From IMG/VR virus record IMGVR_UViG_3300044811_000050: a stretch of DNA of 64,000 nt. One strand, 5' to 3'. Position 1 is the stretch's first letter, and every line of letters begins with the position of its first letter. The position numbers and the translations under genes are program-made. This DNA comes from a virus. Shown in pieces: positions 28,800 to 40,185 of the stretch. The notes below the pieces were generated by a model. The model was not told the origin of the DNA and made no database searches. It worked only from the letters and a program-made list of their open reading frames with translations.

Positions 28800-29400
28800 T
28801 GATCCGTAGAGGTCATTTACCGACGCTCGGTTGCCGCCCATCCCACCAGAGGCGCCGCAGGGGTGTTACTGATCTTTTAGCTCGACGACCGTCAGGTGGG
28901 TAAGTCCGCTCCCCAGCGCGCCCACCGGGCGGAGTGAACCTCAGCCCGGTGGGCATTCCCCCCGCTCCCCAGCGAGCGGAGTCATTTCTGGGCAACAGTA
29001 GCGCCGGGGGCGATGACCGCAGAGGCCCGGATCCCTGGCATCCGGCCATCGCTGCGCCCGACCCCAGCGACGGCCTTGGTTTTTCGACCGAGACGCTACT
29101 GCCGCCGGGCTCGCTCCTGATCAAGGAGTGAGTAGACCAGCGTAGCGCGCCCGTCCAGCGCACCTGACGTGCTCGGTTGGCCCACGCGAGGTGGTGGTTG
29201 AAATACCCCGACGAGAACCCTTGGTGACGCCCGGGTAGGGTGCTACGCGCGCACGCGCCCCCGCTCATGTACCTACGCGTGTGTGCGCGTCTGTCTTTAT
29301 CTTTAATACATAAAGAAGAATTAGAGAGTGGTCTCAGAGGGTATTGTGTTTGTTTAATGTCAGACGCTGTCTCATTCAAAGCGAAGCTATGGGGGGCAAA
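28800..29400. other. structured non-coding region (candidate ncRNA or replication origin) with AT-rich tract
   Basis: Several inverted and direct repeats; AT-rich 29295-29380; no convincing ORF. Confidence 0.5.
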
Positions 29401-29488
29401 CCTCCTCGCGCTTAGCAACGCTAATGACCGCCGCTAACGACCTGGCCCGGGATCCCCGACGAACTGGGCTGACGAAAGAGCTTGGCGG

Positions 29489-29510
29489 TGTCAGCTTGTC
29501 AGGGTAGGGT
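29489..29510 (+). promoter_or_regulatory. PafBC/RecA-NDp-like promoter TGTCAG-N10-TAGGGT
   Basis: Spacing matches TGTCRG-N10-TAnnnT, 41 nt upstream of the DinG ATG. Confidence 0.55.
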
Positions 29511-29551
29511 GAGACCTTGAAGCACCGACCCCGAACCTGAGGGAGCACCCC

Positions 29552-31513
<1,962 letters not shown>

Positions 31514-31521
31514 AGCTAGGG

Positions 31522-31557
31522 TGTTGTTTGCCCTCCGGCAACGGAGGGTATTCAACA
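31522..31557 (+). terminator. stem-loop after dinG
   Basis: TGCCCTCCG-GCAA-CGGAGGGTA hairpin with outer TGTTG/CAACA pairing. Confidence 0.55.
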
Positions 31558-31654
31558 GCCATTCAGCCATGTCCAACGGTTCTCGACACCAATTGGACAA
31601 TCTGGCACTCTACGATCAGTTTCTTACTGGACCCGCCTGAGGGAACCATTTCAA

Positions 31655-32137
31655 ATGATGGCGCTATTCGATGGGCTGGTTCGCTTTATGACCAGAGACA
31701 CCACGCCTCGATGGGCGCACCCGCTCATCGAGGCGGTCCGCCGTATCGAGAGAAAGGTCAACACGATCATGGCACTCGACTTGGACGTCCTCCACCGGAT
31801 TCTGGTGGGGGCGCAGTTCCTCGCTGACCGGGAGAAGGCTAATCAGCAGAAGATCGCCGATCTGACCACGCAGCTCACCGCCGCTCAGGATCAGCTCGGC
31901 CAGGCGACGGCCGCCGAGGCGGCCGAGGACGAGGCGGAGCAGGCGGCCAACACGGCCGCGACCACCGTGGCCGACACGATCGACTCGCTGGTCAAGGGCC
32001 CGGACACTCCGACCGTGGAGCAGCCCGCCGACCCGGGCCAGGTGGCCGACGTGGTCACCGGCGACGCGCCAGTTGTCGTGACCGACCCGGGCCCGACCGC
32101 CGACACTCCGCCCGACGCCGCGCCTTCGGTGGAGTAA
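31655..32137 (+). CDS. hypothetical coiled-coil protein
   Basis: Heptad-like QQKIADLTTQLTAAQDQL followed by an acidic/Pro tail; start uncertain. Confidence 0.6.
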   Translation: MMALFDGLVRFMTRDTTPRWAHPLIEAVRRIERKVNTIMALDLDVLHRILVGAQFLADREKANQQKIADLTTQLTAAQDQLGQATAAEAAEDEAEQAANTAATTVADTIDSLVKGPDTPTVEQPADPGQVADVVTGDAPVVVTDPGPTADTPPDAAPSVE

Positions 32138-32159
32138 GTCTGATCTCTCCGCGTTACCT

Positions 32160-32195
32160 GACATCCCTGTGCTCGTTATGGAGCACAGGGATGTC
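32160..32195. terminator. perfect 15-bp inverted repeat
   Basis: GACATCCCTGTGCTC-GTTATG-GAGCACAGGGATGTC, intergenic. Confidence 0.55.
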
Positions 32196-32215
32196 GCGCG
32201 TTCGGAGGAGATGAG

Positions 32216-32998
32216 ATGACGACCGAGGCCAGCGATTCCGACGCGATCGGCCCACCGGAGCTGCCTGCCAGCCCGGCGCTGCCCGAGGGCAATCCATCGA
32301 CCGCGCAGGCGGAACCGGCGATCGGGGTGGCCACCGTGGTGTCCGGGCTGACCCTGCTGGTCGACGGGCTGATCGCCTTCGGGCTGGTGACCATCACGCC
32401 CGACCAGAAGGTCTACCTGCTGGGCTTCATCGGGCTGATGGCCCCGCTGGTCGTTGGGTTCATCACCCGGGGCAAGGTGTTCTCCCCGGCCACGGTGAAG
32501 GCTCTGATCGACTACTACCAGCGGATGCATCAGGACACCACCAGCCAGCTGATCGCGGCTCGCGCGGAGAACGGCGCGGTGCAGGCGGTGGCCAGCGCGA
32601 TCCAGGCCGTGGTGCCCGCCCCCGCGCCGCCCCCAGAGCCCGCCCAGCCGCCGGCTTCGGCCCAGCCGGTCACCCAGCCCTGGCTGCCGGAGTACGACCA
32701 GTACGAGCCCGCTCAGGCCCCGCCGCCGGTGGAGACTGAGCGTGCTGTGCCACGGCAGATGCCGGTCTACCCGCCGCGCGAGTACTACTACGGCCCGCCG
32801 CCGCCCGCTGAGCAGGTCTACGGCCAACAGGCTTACGGCCAGCAGCAGGGTTACGGGCACGGTCCCTCCGGCTGGGAGCCGCCGGAGCAGAAGAATCGTT
32901 CAGCGGAGGCTGAGCCCCGGCAGGCCGAAACCCGGCAGTTCGACCCCCGCCAGGGCGACCCTCGTAACCCTGGGCGACATGCGGCTGGCAACCAGTAA
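32216..32998 (+). CDS. holin-like membrane protein with Pro/Gln/Tyr-rich tail
   Basis: Two hydrophobic segments ending in RGKVFSP, as in actinophage holins. Confidence 0.55.
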   Translation: MTTEASDSDAIGPPELPASPALPEGNPSTAQAEPAIGVATVVSGLTLLVDGLIAFGLVTITPDQKVYLLGFIGLMAPLVVGFITRGKVFSPATVKALIDYYQRMHQDTTSQLIAARAENGAVQAVASAIQAVVPAPAPPPEPAQPPASAQPVTQPWLPEYDQYEPAQAPPPVETERAVPRQMPVYPPREYYYGPPPPAEQVYGQQAYGQQQGYGHGPSGWEPPEQKNRSAEAEPRQAETRQFDPRQGDPRNPGRHAAGNQ

Positions 32999-33109
32999 CA
33001 CGGCGTAGCGAGAAAACTCGTTACCCGAAACGCTTGGTGTCAGGGGTGTGTGGCATTATCTTGGTGATCGGAAGTGAAGCACGCACCACAACGTCGAACC
33101 AGAGACGGG

Positions 33110-33808
33110 ATGATCACCATGACTGAGCCCACCGCACAGCCCACCTCGCCCACCACCGACCTCGTTGCCACCGGCGGCAAGCTGGCCGCCGTCGCGGGCC
33201 AGACCATCCGGGGTTTCCTCGCCGGCTTGTCCAAGGCGGACGCCAAGGCGACCGAGCGGCCCGAGCCGGTGCTGCCGGCGCCGGTGGTCGTGACCGATGA
33301 CCAGCGCAAGGCGTTGGATGCCCTGGCGGACGCCACCGCCGCGCTGAAGTGGCCCACCAAGCGGCGCGCGCTGAGCGCGGCCGAGCGGACCGCCCTCGCG
33401 GAGTACCTGGTCACGGTCAAGGAAGTCGACAAGCTGGTGACGCAGGCCAAGGAGAGCTTGCGGACCGCGCTGTTCAACGACCTGGACGTGGAGGCCGAGC
33501 TGGACGGTACGGCCGATGAGAGCACCCCGCGTGACGGCAAGGGCTTCTACCTGCTCGCGGCGACCCGCCCCGGCTACGCCCGGGAGGTCCGTTCCGGCAC
33601 CCCGTCGGCGGACGCCCAGGAGCTGGCCCAGCTGGACGTCGAGGGTGCCATCAGCCACGAGGACTACCTCGCGGCGACCAAGCAGGTCCGGGTGGTCTCC
33701 GAGGAGGGCTTCCTGCGCCTGGTGGCCCGCAAGCCCCACCTGCTGCCGGCGCTGCGCCGGGCGGTGAAGCTCTCCCGGGCCGCCAGCGTCTCGCTGAAGC
33801 TCAAGTAA
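33110..33808 (+). CDS. hypothetical protein
   Basis: GC3-biased ORF; start ATG 33110 or 33119. Confidence 0.65.
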   Translation: MITMTEPTAQPTSPTTDLVATGGKLAAVAGQTIRGFLAGLSKADAKATERPEPVLPAPVVVTDDQRKALDALADATAALKWPTKRRALSAAERTALAEYLVTVKEVDKLVTQAKESLRTALFNDLDVEAELDGTADESTPRDGKGFYLLAATRPGYAREVRSGTPSADAQELAQLDVEGAISHEDYLAATKQVRVVSEEGFLRLVARKPHLLPALRRAVKLSRAASVSLKLK

Positions 33809-33817
33809 CCATCAGCT

Positions 33818-33858
33818 TGGCCTGGGTCTTCGTAGGAGGGGGACGAAGACCCAGGCCA
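33818..33858. terminator. perfect 16-bp hairpin
   Basis: TGGCCTGGGTCTTCGT-AGGAGGGGG-ACGAAGACCCAGGCCA. Confidence 0.55.
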
Positions 33859-33877
33859 CTCCCCAGGAGGGGGCCCA

Positions 33878-34243
33878 ATGCCTGAGCCGATGGTCTTGGC
33901 CACCCCGGAAATGATCACTCCCGGGGACAGCGAGTTCTGGACCAGCCCGGACATGTACGACTCGATCCGGCACCACCCCGCGTTCCGGATCTCCGAGACC
34001 GCGCGAGCCTTCTACGGGATGTCGCCGGGCTGGCTGCGCAAGCACGTCAAGGTGGGTTACGAGTGGGACGGCCAGCTGTGGCAGCCGCCCCGCACGGCGA
34101 CCAACGACATGTACTTCCGGCTCTTCGACATCGAGCTGTTCGCGCACATCTTGGCCGAGGAGCACGTGATCAGCGGCCAGCATCTGAAGTTGACGGTGAC
34201 CATCGTGAAGAGCGTGGCCCAGCTCAACCACTTCATCGTCTGA
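33878..34243 (+). CDS. HTH (MerR/excisionase-like) DNA-binding protein
   Basis: FRISETARAFYGMSPGWLR..R.FDIE pattern; AGGAGG RBS. Confidence 0.6.
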   Translation: MPEPMVLATPEMITPGDSEFWTSPDMYDSIRHHPAFRISETARAFYGMSPGWLRKHVKVGYEWDGQLWQPPRTATNDMYFRLFDIELFAHILAEEHVISGQHLKLTVTIVKSVAQLNHFIV

Positions 34244-34253
34244 AAGGAGCGTC

Positions 34254-34754
34254 GTGACCAGCGGAGACATCCCGATCTGCGGCTACCGCGAGGAGGCTCT
34301 CGGCGTGTGCCGAACCGCCCGGATGACGCGTCCGGACGGTCGTTTGGCCAAGCGGTGCGAGAAGCATGATCTTCCGCGCTACGCGGTCTGCACCGGGTGC
34401 GCGGGGGAGGCGATCGGGGAATGTGGAGCGGGGCTGCGCAACGGTCAAGGCTGCACCGCGCCGGTCTGCGAGAACTGCCGGCACCTGCCCGAGGACGACA
34501 CCCACGGCAATGCCCCGCCAGGCGCGTTCGCCGGCCAACGCCCCGGCCCGAAACCGGCCGACTTGGCCCGCGCTGGGATGATCGAAGCGTTGGCGACCGC
34601 GCTGGAAGACCTGGATCAGCGTCACTACATCAAGATCAACCCCGCCCTGGATGATGGCGCTCAGCGGGTCGCCGGGGTCCTGGTCGATGAGCTGGCCACC
34701 CACGTGCTGGTGCAGACGGTGGGCGGCATCATCTCCGGGCAGGTGAACTCGTGA
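34254..34754 (+). CDS. Cys-rich zinc-binding protein
   Basis: Multiple CxxC/CxxH motifs; AAGGAG RBS. Confidence 0.6.
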   Translation: MTSGDIPICGYREEALGVCRTARMTRPDGRLAKRCEKHDLPRYAVCTGCAGEAIGECGAGLRNGQGCTAPVCENCRHLPEDDTHGNAPPGAFAGQRPGPKPADLARAGMIEALATALEDLDQRHYIKINPALDDGAQRVAGVLVDELATHVLVQTVGGIISGQVNS

Positions 34755-35698
34755 CCGGCACCGCCCTTCTGGTCGACGGCCAGAACCTCTTCATGAGATC
34801 AATGTTCGCCGCGCGGCACTCCCAGATGTCCGCCCACGGGGTGCCCACCGGCCCGCTGGTGCTGTTCATCAACTCGTTGGCGCTGCACGTGCGCCGGGAG
34901 GAGCCGAGCCGGCTGGTGATCCTGTGGGACGGCGGGACCAGCGCCGCGCGAACCCGCGCGCTGCCCAGCTACAAGGCCCGCCGCCGCCCGGTGCCCGAGG
35001 AGGAGAAGCGTTTCCGCGACGACTCCGCCGAGCTGGTCGCCCGGTTCTGCGCGCTGGCCGCCGTGCCCGGCTTCCGGCTCACCGGGGTAGAGGCCGACGA
35101 CCTGATCGCCGGGGCCTGGGCCAGCCTCCGGCCCGCCGACGCGGAGAAGATCGTCGTCCTCAGCTCCGACAAAGACTTCTTGCAGATGCTCGGCGCGAAC
35201 CCCCACGGCATCCCCACCGAGCAGCTGCGGCTGTCCAGCGCCGGCACCCCCACCGACCGCTGGACCGAGGCCCGGGTCACCGCCGAGCTGGGCCACACGC
35301 CGGCGCAATGGCCCCTGGTGACCGCGCTGGCCGGAGATACCGGGGACGGGGTGCCCGGCCTACCCGGGATCGGAGTGGTCAGGGCGATGAAGCTACTGAA
35401 GGCCGCCAACTGGGATCTGGCCGAGGCGGTAGCCACCCGAGGTGAGGATGATCGGAAGCTGGTCGAGGCGTGCCGGTTCTGTGTGGACCTGCGGGCGCTG
35501 CCCCCGCTGCCGGTCGCGGTGCCCCCGTGGCGGCCGTCCAGGCAGGACTCTCCGCTGTGGCCGGGATTGATCGAGTTCCTCTCGGCCTACGAGCTGCGGG
35601 ACATCCAGGACCGTATCCAGGACGGCTCGCTGTGGTCAGATCGTGACCTGATCACCGCCCCGACCCCCGGCGGCAACGTCGATGACAGGGCTGGGTAG
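34751..35698 (+). CDS. 5'-3' exonuclease / flap endonuclease (Pol I N-terminal type)
   Basis: LLVDGQN, WDG, YKARR, EADD, SSDKDFLQ and GDTGDGVPGLPGIG motifs. Confidence 0.92.
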   Translation: MTGTALLVDGQNLFMRSMFAARHSQMSAHGVPTGPLVLFINSLALHVRREEPSRLVILWDGGTSAARTRALPSYKARRRPVPEEEKRFRDDSAELVARFCALAAVPGFRLTGVEADDLIAGAWASLRPADAEKIVVLSSDKDFLQMLGANPHGIPTEQLRLSSAGTPTDRWTEARVTAELGHTPAQWPLVTALAGDTGDGVPGLPGIGVVRAMKLLKAANWDLAEAVATRGEDDRKLVEACRFCVDLRALPPLPVAVPPWRPSRQDSPLWPGLIEFLSAYELRDIQDRIQDGSLWSDRDLITAPTPGGNVDDRAG

Positions 35699-35958
35699 TG
35701 ATGTTTCTTGTTACCGAGAAGTGTCTTGCTCCCGTTCACCGCTTAAAACGATGCGGTGGTCTACGAGAATCCTTGCTGGTACCCGGATCGCTCGATACGG
35801 TCAGCCGCCGTACCTTCCCGGGGCACCAACTCCCGGAAAACCCCCTGGATCTCTCGGGCTTCAGGGCTACCTGCACGTCTAGCAAGCGGTGGTGGTTCCG
35901 CCCGGCCTTGACTGGCCGGGACCGGGCGGAACAACCCTCGCTCTACCTGGAGGCCCTC

Positions 35959-36327
35959 ATGGGGAGTATTGAAACTCCGGGTAATGGCGTGCTGCCGGAC
36001 GGGCTGCTGATGGTTCTGCGGCAGCTCGCCGAGACCGTGAAGCATGGTCGGCGCGTGACGTTCCAGGTAAGAAGTGCTGAGTCGGTCACCGGCTATCTAG
36101 CCGGGATTGACGAGACGCATTTCTTTGTGCTCGCTCCTGAGGGGGAGCGAGTACGGCTCTTATTTGTGACGCGTGACGCAAGTCCCGTCTTCGAAGTGCA
36201 TCCAGAATCAACGTATCAAGATGAAGAACAACATCCATATATGGAACGCATTATCGGCAAGTTCCGGAGTGCGATAATCAACCGCATTCTGGTGCCTGGC
36301 GACTCCGACGCTAGAAAGGCCGGCTGA
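35959..36327 (+). CDS. hypothetical protein (Sm/SH3-like beta core)
   Basis: GGAGG RBS precedes ATG 35959; the longer 35698 start is less likely. Confidence 0.55.
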   Translation: MGSIETPGNGVLPDGLLMVLRQLAETVKHGRRVTFQVRSAESVTGYLAGIDETHFFVLAPEGERVRLLFVTRDASPVFEVHPESTYQDEEQHPYMERIIGKFRSAIINRILVPGDSDARKAG

Positions 36328-36332
36328 ACTTC

Positions 36333-36758
36333 ATGTTCGACTTCGAAACCGATCTCGATGTGGCCCGCTCCCAGGGTCAGCGCACCATCCGTGTCTCCAC
36401 GTCCGCCCCGAGGGTGCGGGAGACCGTGACCGTGACCCGTGACGAGACGTTGGCCACCGAGGTGCGCACCACCGATGTCGGCAAGAACCCTGCTGAATGG
36501 AATTGGGAAGACCTCCGGAACTACGTGGTCCGGCAGATCCAGACATTCCACGGGGAGTTCCCCATCGACCAGATGAAGTTGAGCGGCATTTTCAAGGGCT
36601 TCCTGCGCCGGCACGGCGCCATGGCCGGCCCGATCGCGGTGGCCGCCTTCGACCTGCACCACGGCCGCTGGAAGGGCGCCCCGATCTCAGTCACCCGCTT
36701 CTGCGCGGGCTCGGACCCCTACTTCGCCGAGCCCATCAAGCGCAGCCTGCTCGGTTAG
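36333..36758 (+). CDS. hypothetical protein, possible replication initiator partner
   Basis: GC3-biased ORF immediately upstream of the DnaC-like loader. Confidence 0.6.
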   Translation: MFDFETDLDVARSQGQRTIRVSTSAPRVRETVTVTRDETLATEVRTTDVGKNPAEWNWEDLRNYVVRQIQTFHGEFPIDQMKLSGIFKGFLRRHGAMAGPIAVAAFDLHHGRWKGAPISVTRFCAGSDPYFAEPIKRSLLG

Positions 36759-36791
36759 TCGAGCGGGGATCCACTACCCGGGGGCGCCGCC

Positions 36792-37640
36792 ATGCCCCGC
36801 CTACAGGAGATCACCATGCATGAGTTGCCGGCGCTACCCCGCGCCATTCCGATCTTGCCCACGGTCGACAGCGAACGGCTGCGCGACCTGCACCCCGGGC
36901 TGCCGGTCAGCCCCCGCGACTGCGTCACCTGCAAGGGCACCGGACAGTTCCGCTGGTACGACGAGGCTGGCGAGCCGACCGACTGGAAGTGCAACTGCGA
37001 GGAGCAGTTCATCCTGCACCGCTACTTGCTGGCTTCCGGGGTCGCGCTGCACTACCAGCGGCTGCGCTGGGATGACGCGGAAGGTGTCCCGAACGATGTC
37101 TTGGATGTGATCCAGGACTACATCGACAACTGCGATGCCTACGTACAGGCGGGGCTCGGCCTGGTGCTCTGGGGCAGGGTCGGTACCGGCAAGACGCTGC
37201 TGGCCAGCCTGCTGCTGAAGTCGCTGCTGGAGAAGGGCGTCCGGGGCCAGTTCGTCACCTTCCACACCATGCTGGACATGTTCACCGCCGGCTGGGAGCA
37301 GAAGGAAGCCAAGGTCTGGTTCGAGCAGCGGATCACCCACGCCGACGTGCTGGTGCTCGACGACATCGGCCGGGAGCACGAGGGCCGGCGGACCGCCATC
37401 GCCGAGTCGACCTTGGACCACGTGTTGCGCAGCCGGGTGGCCGCCGACAAGCCGACCATCATGACCACCAACCGCAGCCCCGACGAGCTGGGCACGCTGT
37501 ACTCCGGCAACGCGCTGAGCCTGCTCTCCGAGTCGGCCATCGTGAAGGAGTTCCGGGGCGCGGACTTCCGGCCCGAGCACCAGACCCGGAAGATCACCGA
37601 GGCCAAGGCCCGGCTGACCCGACCGATCGTGCTGTCATGA
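36792..37640 (+). CDS. dnaC: DnaC/IstB-like helicase loader
   Basis: CxxC..CxC zinc site, GRVGTGKT, LVLDDIGRE, TTN and GADFR motifs. Confidence 0.9.
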   Translation: MPRLQEITMHELPALPRAIPILPTVDSERLRDLHPGLPVSPRDCVTCKGTGQFRWYDEAGEPTDWKCNCEEQFILHRYLLASGVALHYQRLRWDDAEGVPNDVLDVIQDYIDNCDAYVQAGLGLVLWGRVGTGKTLLASLLLKSLLEKGVRGQFVTFHTMLDMFTAGWEQKEAKVWFEQRITHADVLVLDDIGREHEGRRTAIAESTLDHVLRSRVAADKPTIMTTNRSPDELGTLYSGNALSLLSESAIVKEFRGADFRPEHQTRKITEAKARLTRPIVLS

Positions 37641-38959
37641 TCCATCCCGAGCAGGTGCTGCTGGAGCACCTCAACGACCCCGAGTCCCTGGACTACCTCT
37701 CCCAGGAGGGCTTCCACCAGAGCGTCAGCCTGGCCGTGGTGCCCACCGAGCTGGTCCGGAAGATCACCGGCTGGGCGATCTCCTACTACTGGGAGAACGG
37801 CCGCAAGGTCGGCCCGTCCCACGAGGCCACCAAGGAGACTTGGGGTGATCAGATGGAGGCAATGGAGATCGCCTTCGGTGACCCCACCGACGAGATTGAC
37901 TCCATCGAATGGGCGGTGCAGGCGCTGCGGTCCCAGTACGCGGTCAGCCAGTCCCAGAAGCTCAACCGGGAGATGGCGACGAGGGTGGCGCGGGCCGATC
38001 AGACGGGCAAAGTTGAGGCGATCATCGACGGCGCCCGCGAATTTCATCGGCTCGTCCAGGCGCTGTCTTCCCGGCGGGATGAGTCCGAGGCCGGGCTCGC
38101 CTTCGAGGCCGCCGTGTTGCGTCATGAAGATCGTCGCGTCAGCGGCCACCATCAGCACGGGCTCACCCTGGGCATGGATCTGATCGACAACCACACCCTG
38201 GGGGTGCACCCCGGTGAGCTGGCGGCGTTCGCCATGACCACCGGCGGCGGCAAGAGTTGGATCGCCGGCAAGGTGCTGCTCAACGAGTGGAGACGCGGCC
38301 GGCGGGCCGTGCTGGTCACCCTGGAGAACGACCTGGAGATGACCTCCGACCGGCTGGCCTGCATGTACGCCCACGTCGACTACACCCGTTGGCAGCGCGG
38401 TGAGGCCAAGGACGACGAGGTGTTCCGGGTGCTGGAGGCCGCCGAACAACTCAAGGCCAGCGAGCACCAGCCGGTCATCACCATGATCCAGGCGAACGAG
38501 CGCGACCCGCTGTCCATCGTGCGCCGGGCGCACACCCTGGGCGCCGAGAGCCTGATCGTCGACCAGCTCTCCCACATCGAGTCGGTGCCGGGCACCAAGA
38601 GCCGGGAACGGCACCAGCAGGTCGCCGAGATCATGCGCGAGCTGAAAGCACAGATCCGCGATGACGCGGTCGGCCGGTTGCCCTGCCTGCTGCTGGCCCA
38701 GATCAACCGGGCGGGCCGGGACGCGGCCCGCAAGAGTGGCCGCTACGAGCTGGAGCACCTGGGGCTGTCCACCGAGGTGGAGAACACCGTCGACCACCTG
38801 TGGGCCGGGTACCAGTCCGCTGATCATGAAGTCCTTCAGCGCGCGGTGTGGCAGTTCCTCAAGTTCCGGCGCGGGCCCAAGGTCGACTTCGACATGCGCT
38901 GGCGTCTGGACGTCGGTGACATCCGCGCGCTCAACGTGGCCGAGCGGGACTCGACATGA
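37637..38959 (+). CDS. dnaB: DnaB-like replicative helicase
   Basis: TGGGKS, TLE, IVDQL, LAQINR and KFRRGP motifs. Confidence 0.9.
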   Translation: MIHPEQVLLEHLNDPESLDYLSQEGFHQSVSLAVVPTELVRKITGWAISYYWENGRKVGPSHEATKETWGDQMEAMEIAFGDPTDEIDSIEWAVQALRSQYAVSQSQKLNREMATRVARADQTGKVEAIIDGAREFHRLVQALSSRRDESEAGLAFEAAVLRHEDRRVSGHHQHGLTLGMDLIDNHTLGVHPGELAAFAMTTGGGKSWIAGKVLLNEWRRGRRAVLVTLENDLEMTSDRLACMYAHVDYTRWQRGEAKDDEVFRVLEAAEQLKASEHQPVITMIQANERDPLSIVRRAHTLGAESLIVDQLSHIESVPGTKSRERHQQVAEIMRELKAQIRDDAVGRLPCLLLAQINRAGRDAARKSGRYELEHLGLSTEVENTVDHLWAGYQSADHEVLQRAVWQFLKFRRGPKVDFDMRWRLDVGDIRALNVAERDST

Positions 38960-39141
38960 GCGACCACCAGCACCACTACGTGCCCGCCGTGCACACCAAG
39001 GGCAGCGATCTTCGCTGGGAGCGCCAGCTCACCGCTGTCCCGCGCTATGCCTTCCGGTGCGCCTGCGGGCATGTGGTCTGGATGGGCATCGAGCAAGCCT
39101 CCGCCGAGGGTTTGATCTTCGTGGTGGGGAGGCTGGCATGA
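38956..39141 (+). CDS. hypothetical protein
   Basis: 61 aa with ATGA overlaps at both ends. Confidence 0.55.
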   Translation: MSDHQHHYVPAVHTKGSDLRWERQLTAVPRYAFRCACGHVVWMGIEQASAEGLIFVVGRLA

Positions 39142-40172
39142 GCGACGTCTTCGAGCCGGCGTTCCTGCCTGATCAGGAGAAGCGTGAGCTGTGCGAGGGG
39201 CTGCTGCGCGAGTTCGGGGTGACCCGGTGGCGGTCCACCGAGAAGGGCGAGTTGATCCATTCCTGCCCGATCCCGGGCGGGCACCGCAACGGGGACAAGA
39301 ACCCCTCGGCCAGCCTCAACTACAAGAAGTTGACCTTCAACTGCCTCGGCTGCGGTAGCCGGGGTGGGCTGCTGTTCTTCATCGCCCGGTGCCGGGGAGA
39401 AGACGCTCAGGGCGTCCGTGACTGGCTCGGTGAAGCCACCGGCACCGGCGGCCACACCATGGACTTGGGGCGCCTCCTGGAGGTCCTGGACGCCCTGGAG
39501 GCGCCCTCCGCGCCGCCGCCCCCGATCCCTCGTTTCGCCGCTTCGATGCTGGACCCGTGGACCCGCTGGCCGATCCACCACCCGTACCTGACCGACCCGT
39601 TGCCAGAGGGCCGGGCCTGCCCGCCCGAGACGCTGTCCCGCTTCAAGATCGGCTATGCCGAGGACTACGCGATGGGCGGCGACCGGGGCGCTCAGGAGCG
39701 CATCGTCATCCCGCTGTTCTGGCGCGGTGACCTGGTCGGCTGGCAGGCCCGCCGGCTCAACCCCTACGAGGAGCCCAAGTACAAATTCAGCCCCGACTTC
39801 CCCCGGGACCGGACCCTCTACAACCACCATGGCGAGCGCGAGGCGCTGGTGGTGGAGAGCCCGCTGTCGGTGCTGCGCCATTACCACCACGTGCCGGGGA
39901 TCTTGTCCACCTTCGGCGCCCAGGTGACCGAGGCCCAGATCCGGCTGCTGCACCGCTACGACCGGGTGGTGCTGTGGTTCGACAACGACGACGCCGGCTG
40001 GCAAGCCACCCGCTCGGTGGGCACCGCATTGCTGCCGTTTTGCGACGTGTGGGCGGTGGAGAGCCCTTTCGAGGCCGATCCTGCCGAGCTGGACGACACC
40101 ACGCTAGAAGGGTTGATAGAGGGTGCTGTGCCGTTCGCGGTATGGGCCCCTCCGAAAACTCTTGTTGGTTGA
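39138..40172 (+). CDS. dnaG: DNA primase (CHC2 zinc finger + TOPRIM)
   Basis: CPIPGGH..D..PS..CLGC, RIVIP..GWQAR, VVES and FDNDDAG motifs; start at the ATGA overlap. Confidence 0.9.
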   Translation: MSDVFEPAFLPDQEKRELCEGLLREFGVTRWRSTEKGELIHSCPIPGGHRNGDKNPSASLNYKKLTFNCLGCGSRGGLLFFIARCRGEDAQGVRDWLGEATGTGGHTMDLGRLLEVLDALEAPSAPPPPIPRFAASMLDPWTRWPIHHPYLTDPLPEGRACPPETLSRFKIGYAEDYAMGGDRGAQERIVIPLFWRGDLVGWQARRLNPYEEPKYKFSPDFPRDRTLYNHHGEREALVVESPLSVLRHYHHVPGILSTFGAQVTEAQIRLLHRYDRVVLWFDNDDAGWQATRSVGTALLPFCDVWAVESPFEADPAELDDTTLEGLIEGAVPFAVWAPPKTLVG

Positions 40173-40185
40173 CATGAGAGGGTGC

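Noticed and set aside
28813-29418. 201-aa minus-strand ORF in the intergenic region
   Set aside because: No codon bias, no recognisable domain, and it would be the only minus-strand gene; better explained as non-coding structure
35772-35886. Cloverleaf-like fold as a tRNA
   Set aside because: No TTCGA T-loop, D-loop GG or CCA in the correct geometry
36792-37640. IstB-like ATPase as an IS21 element
   Set aside because: No IstA transposase or terminal repeats; it sits before DnaB, consistent with a helicase loader
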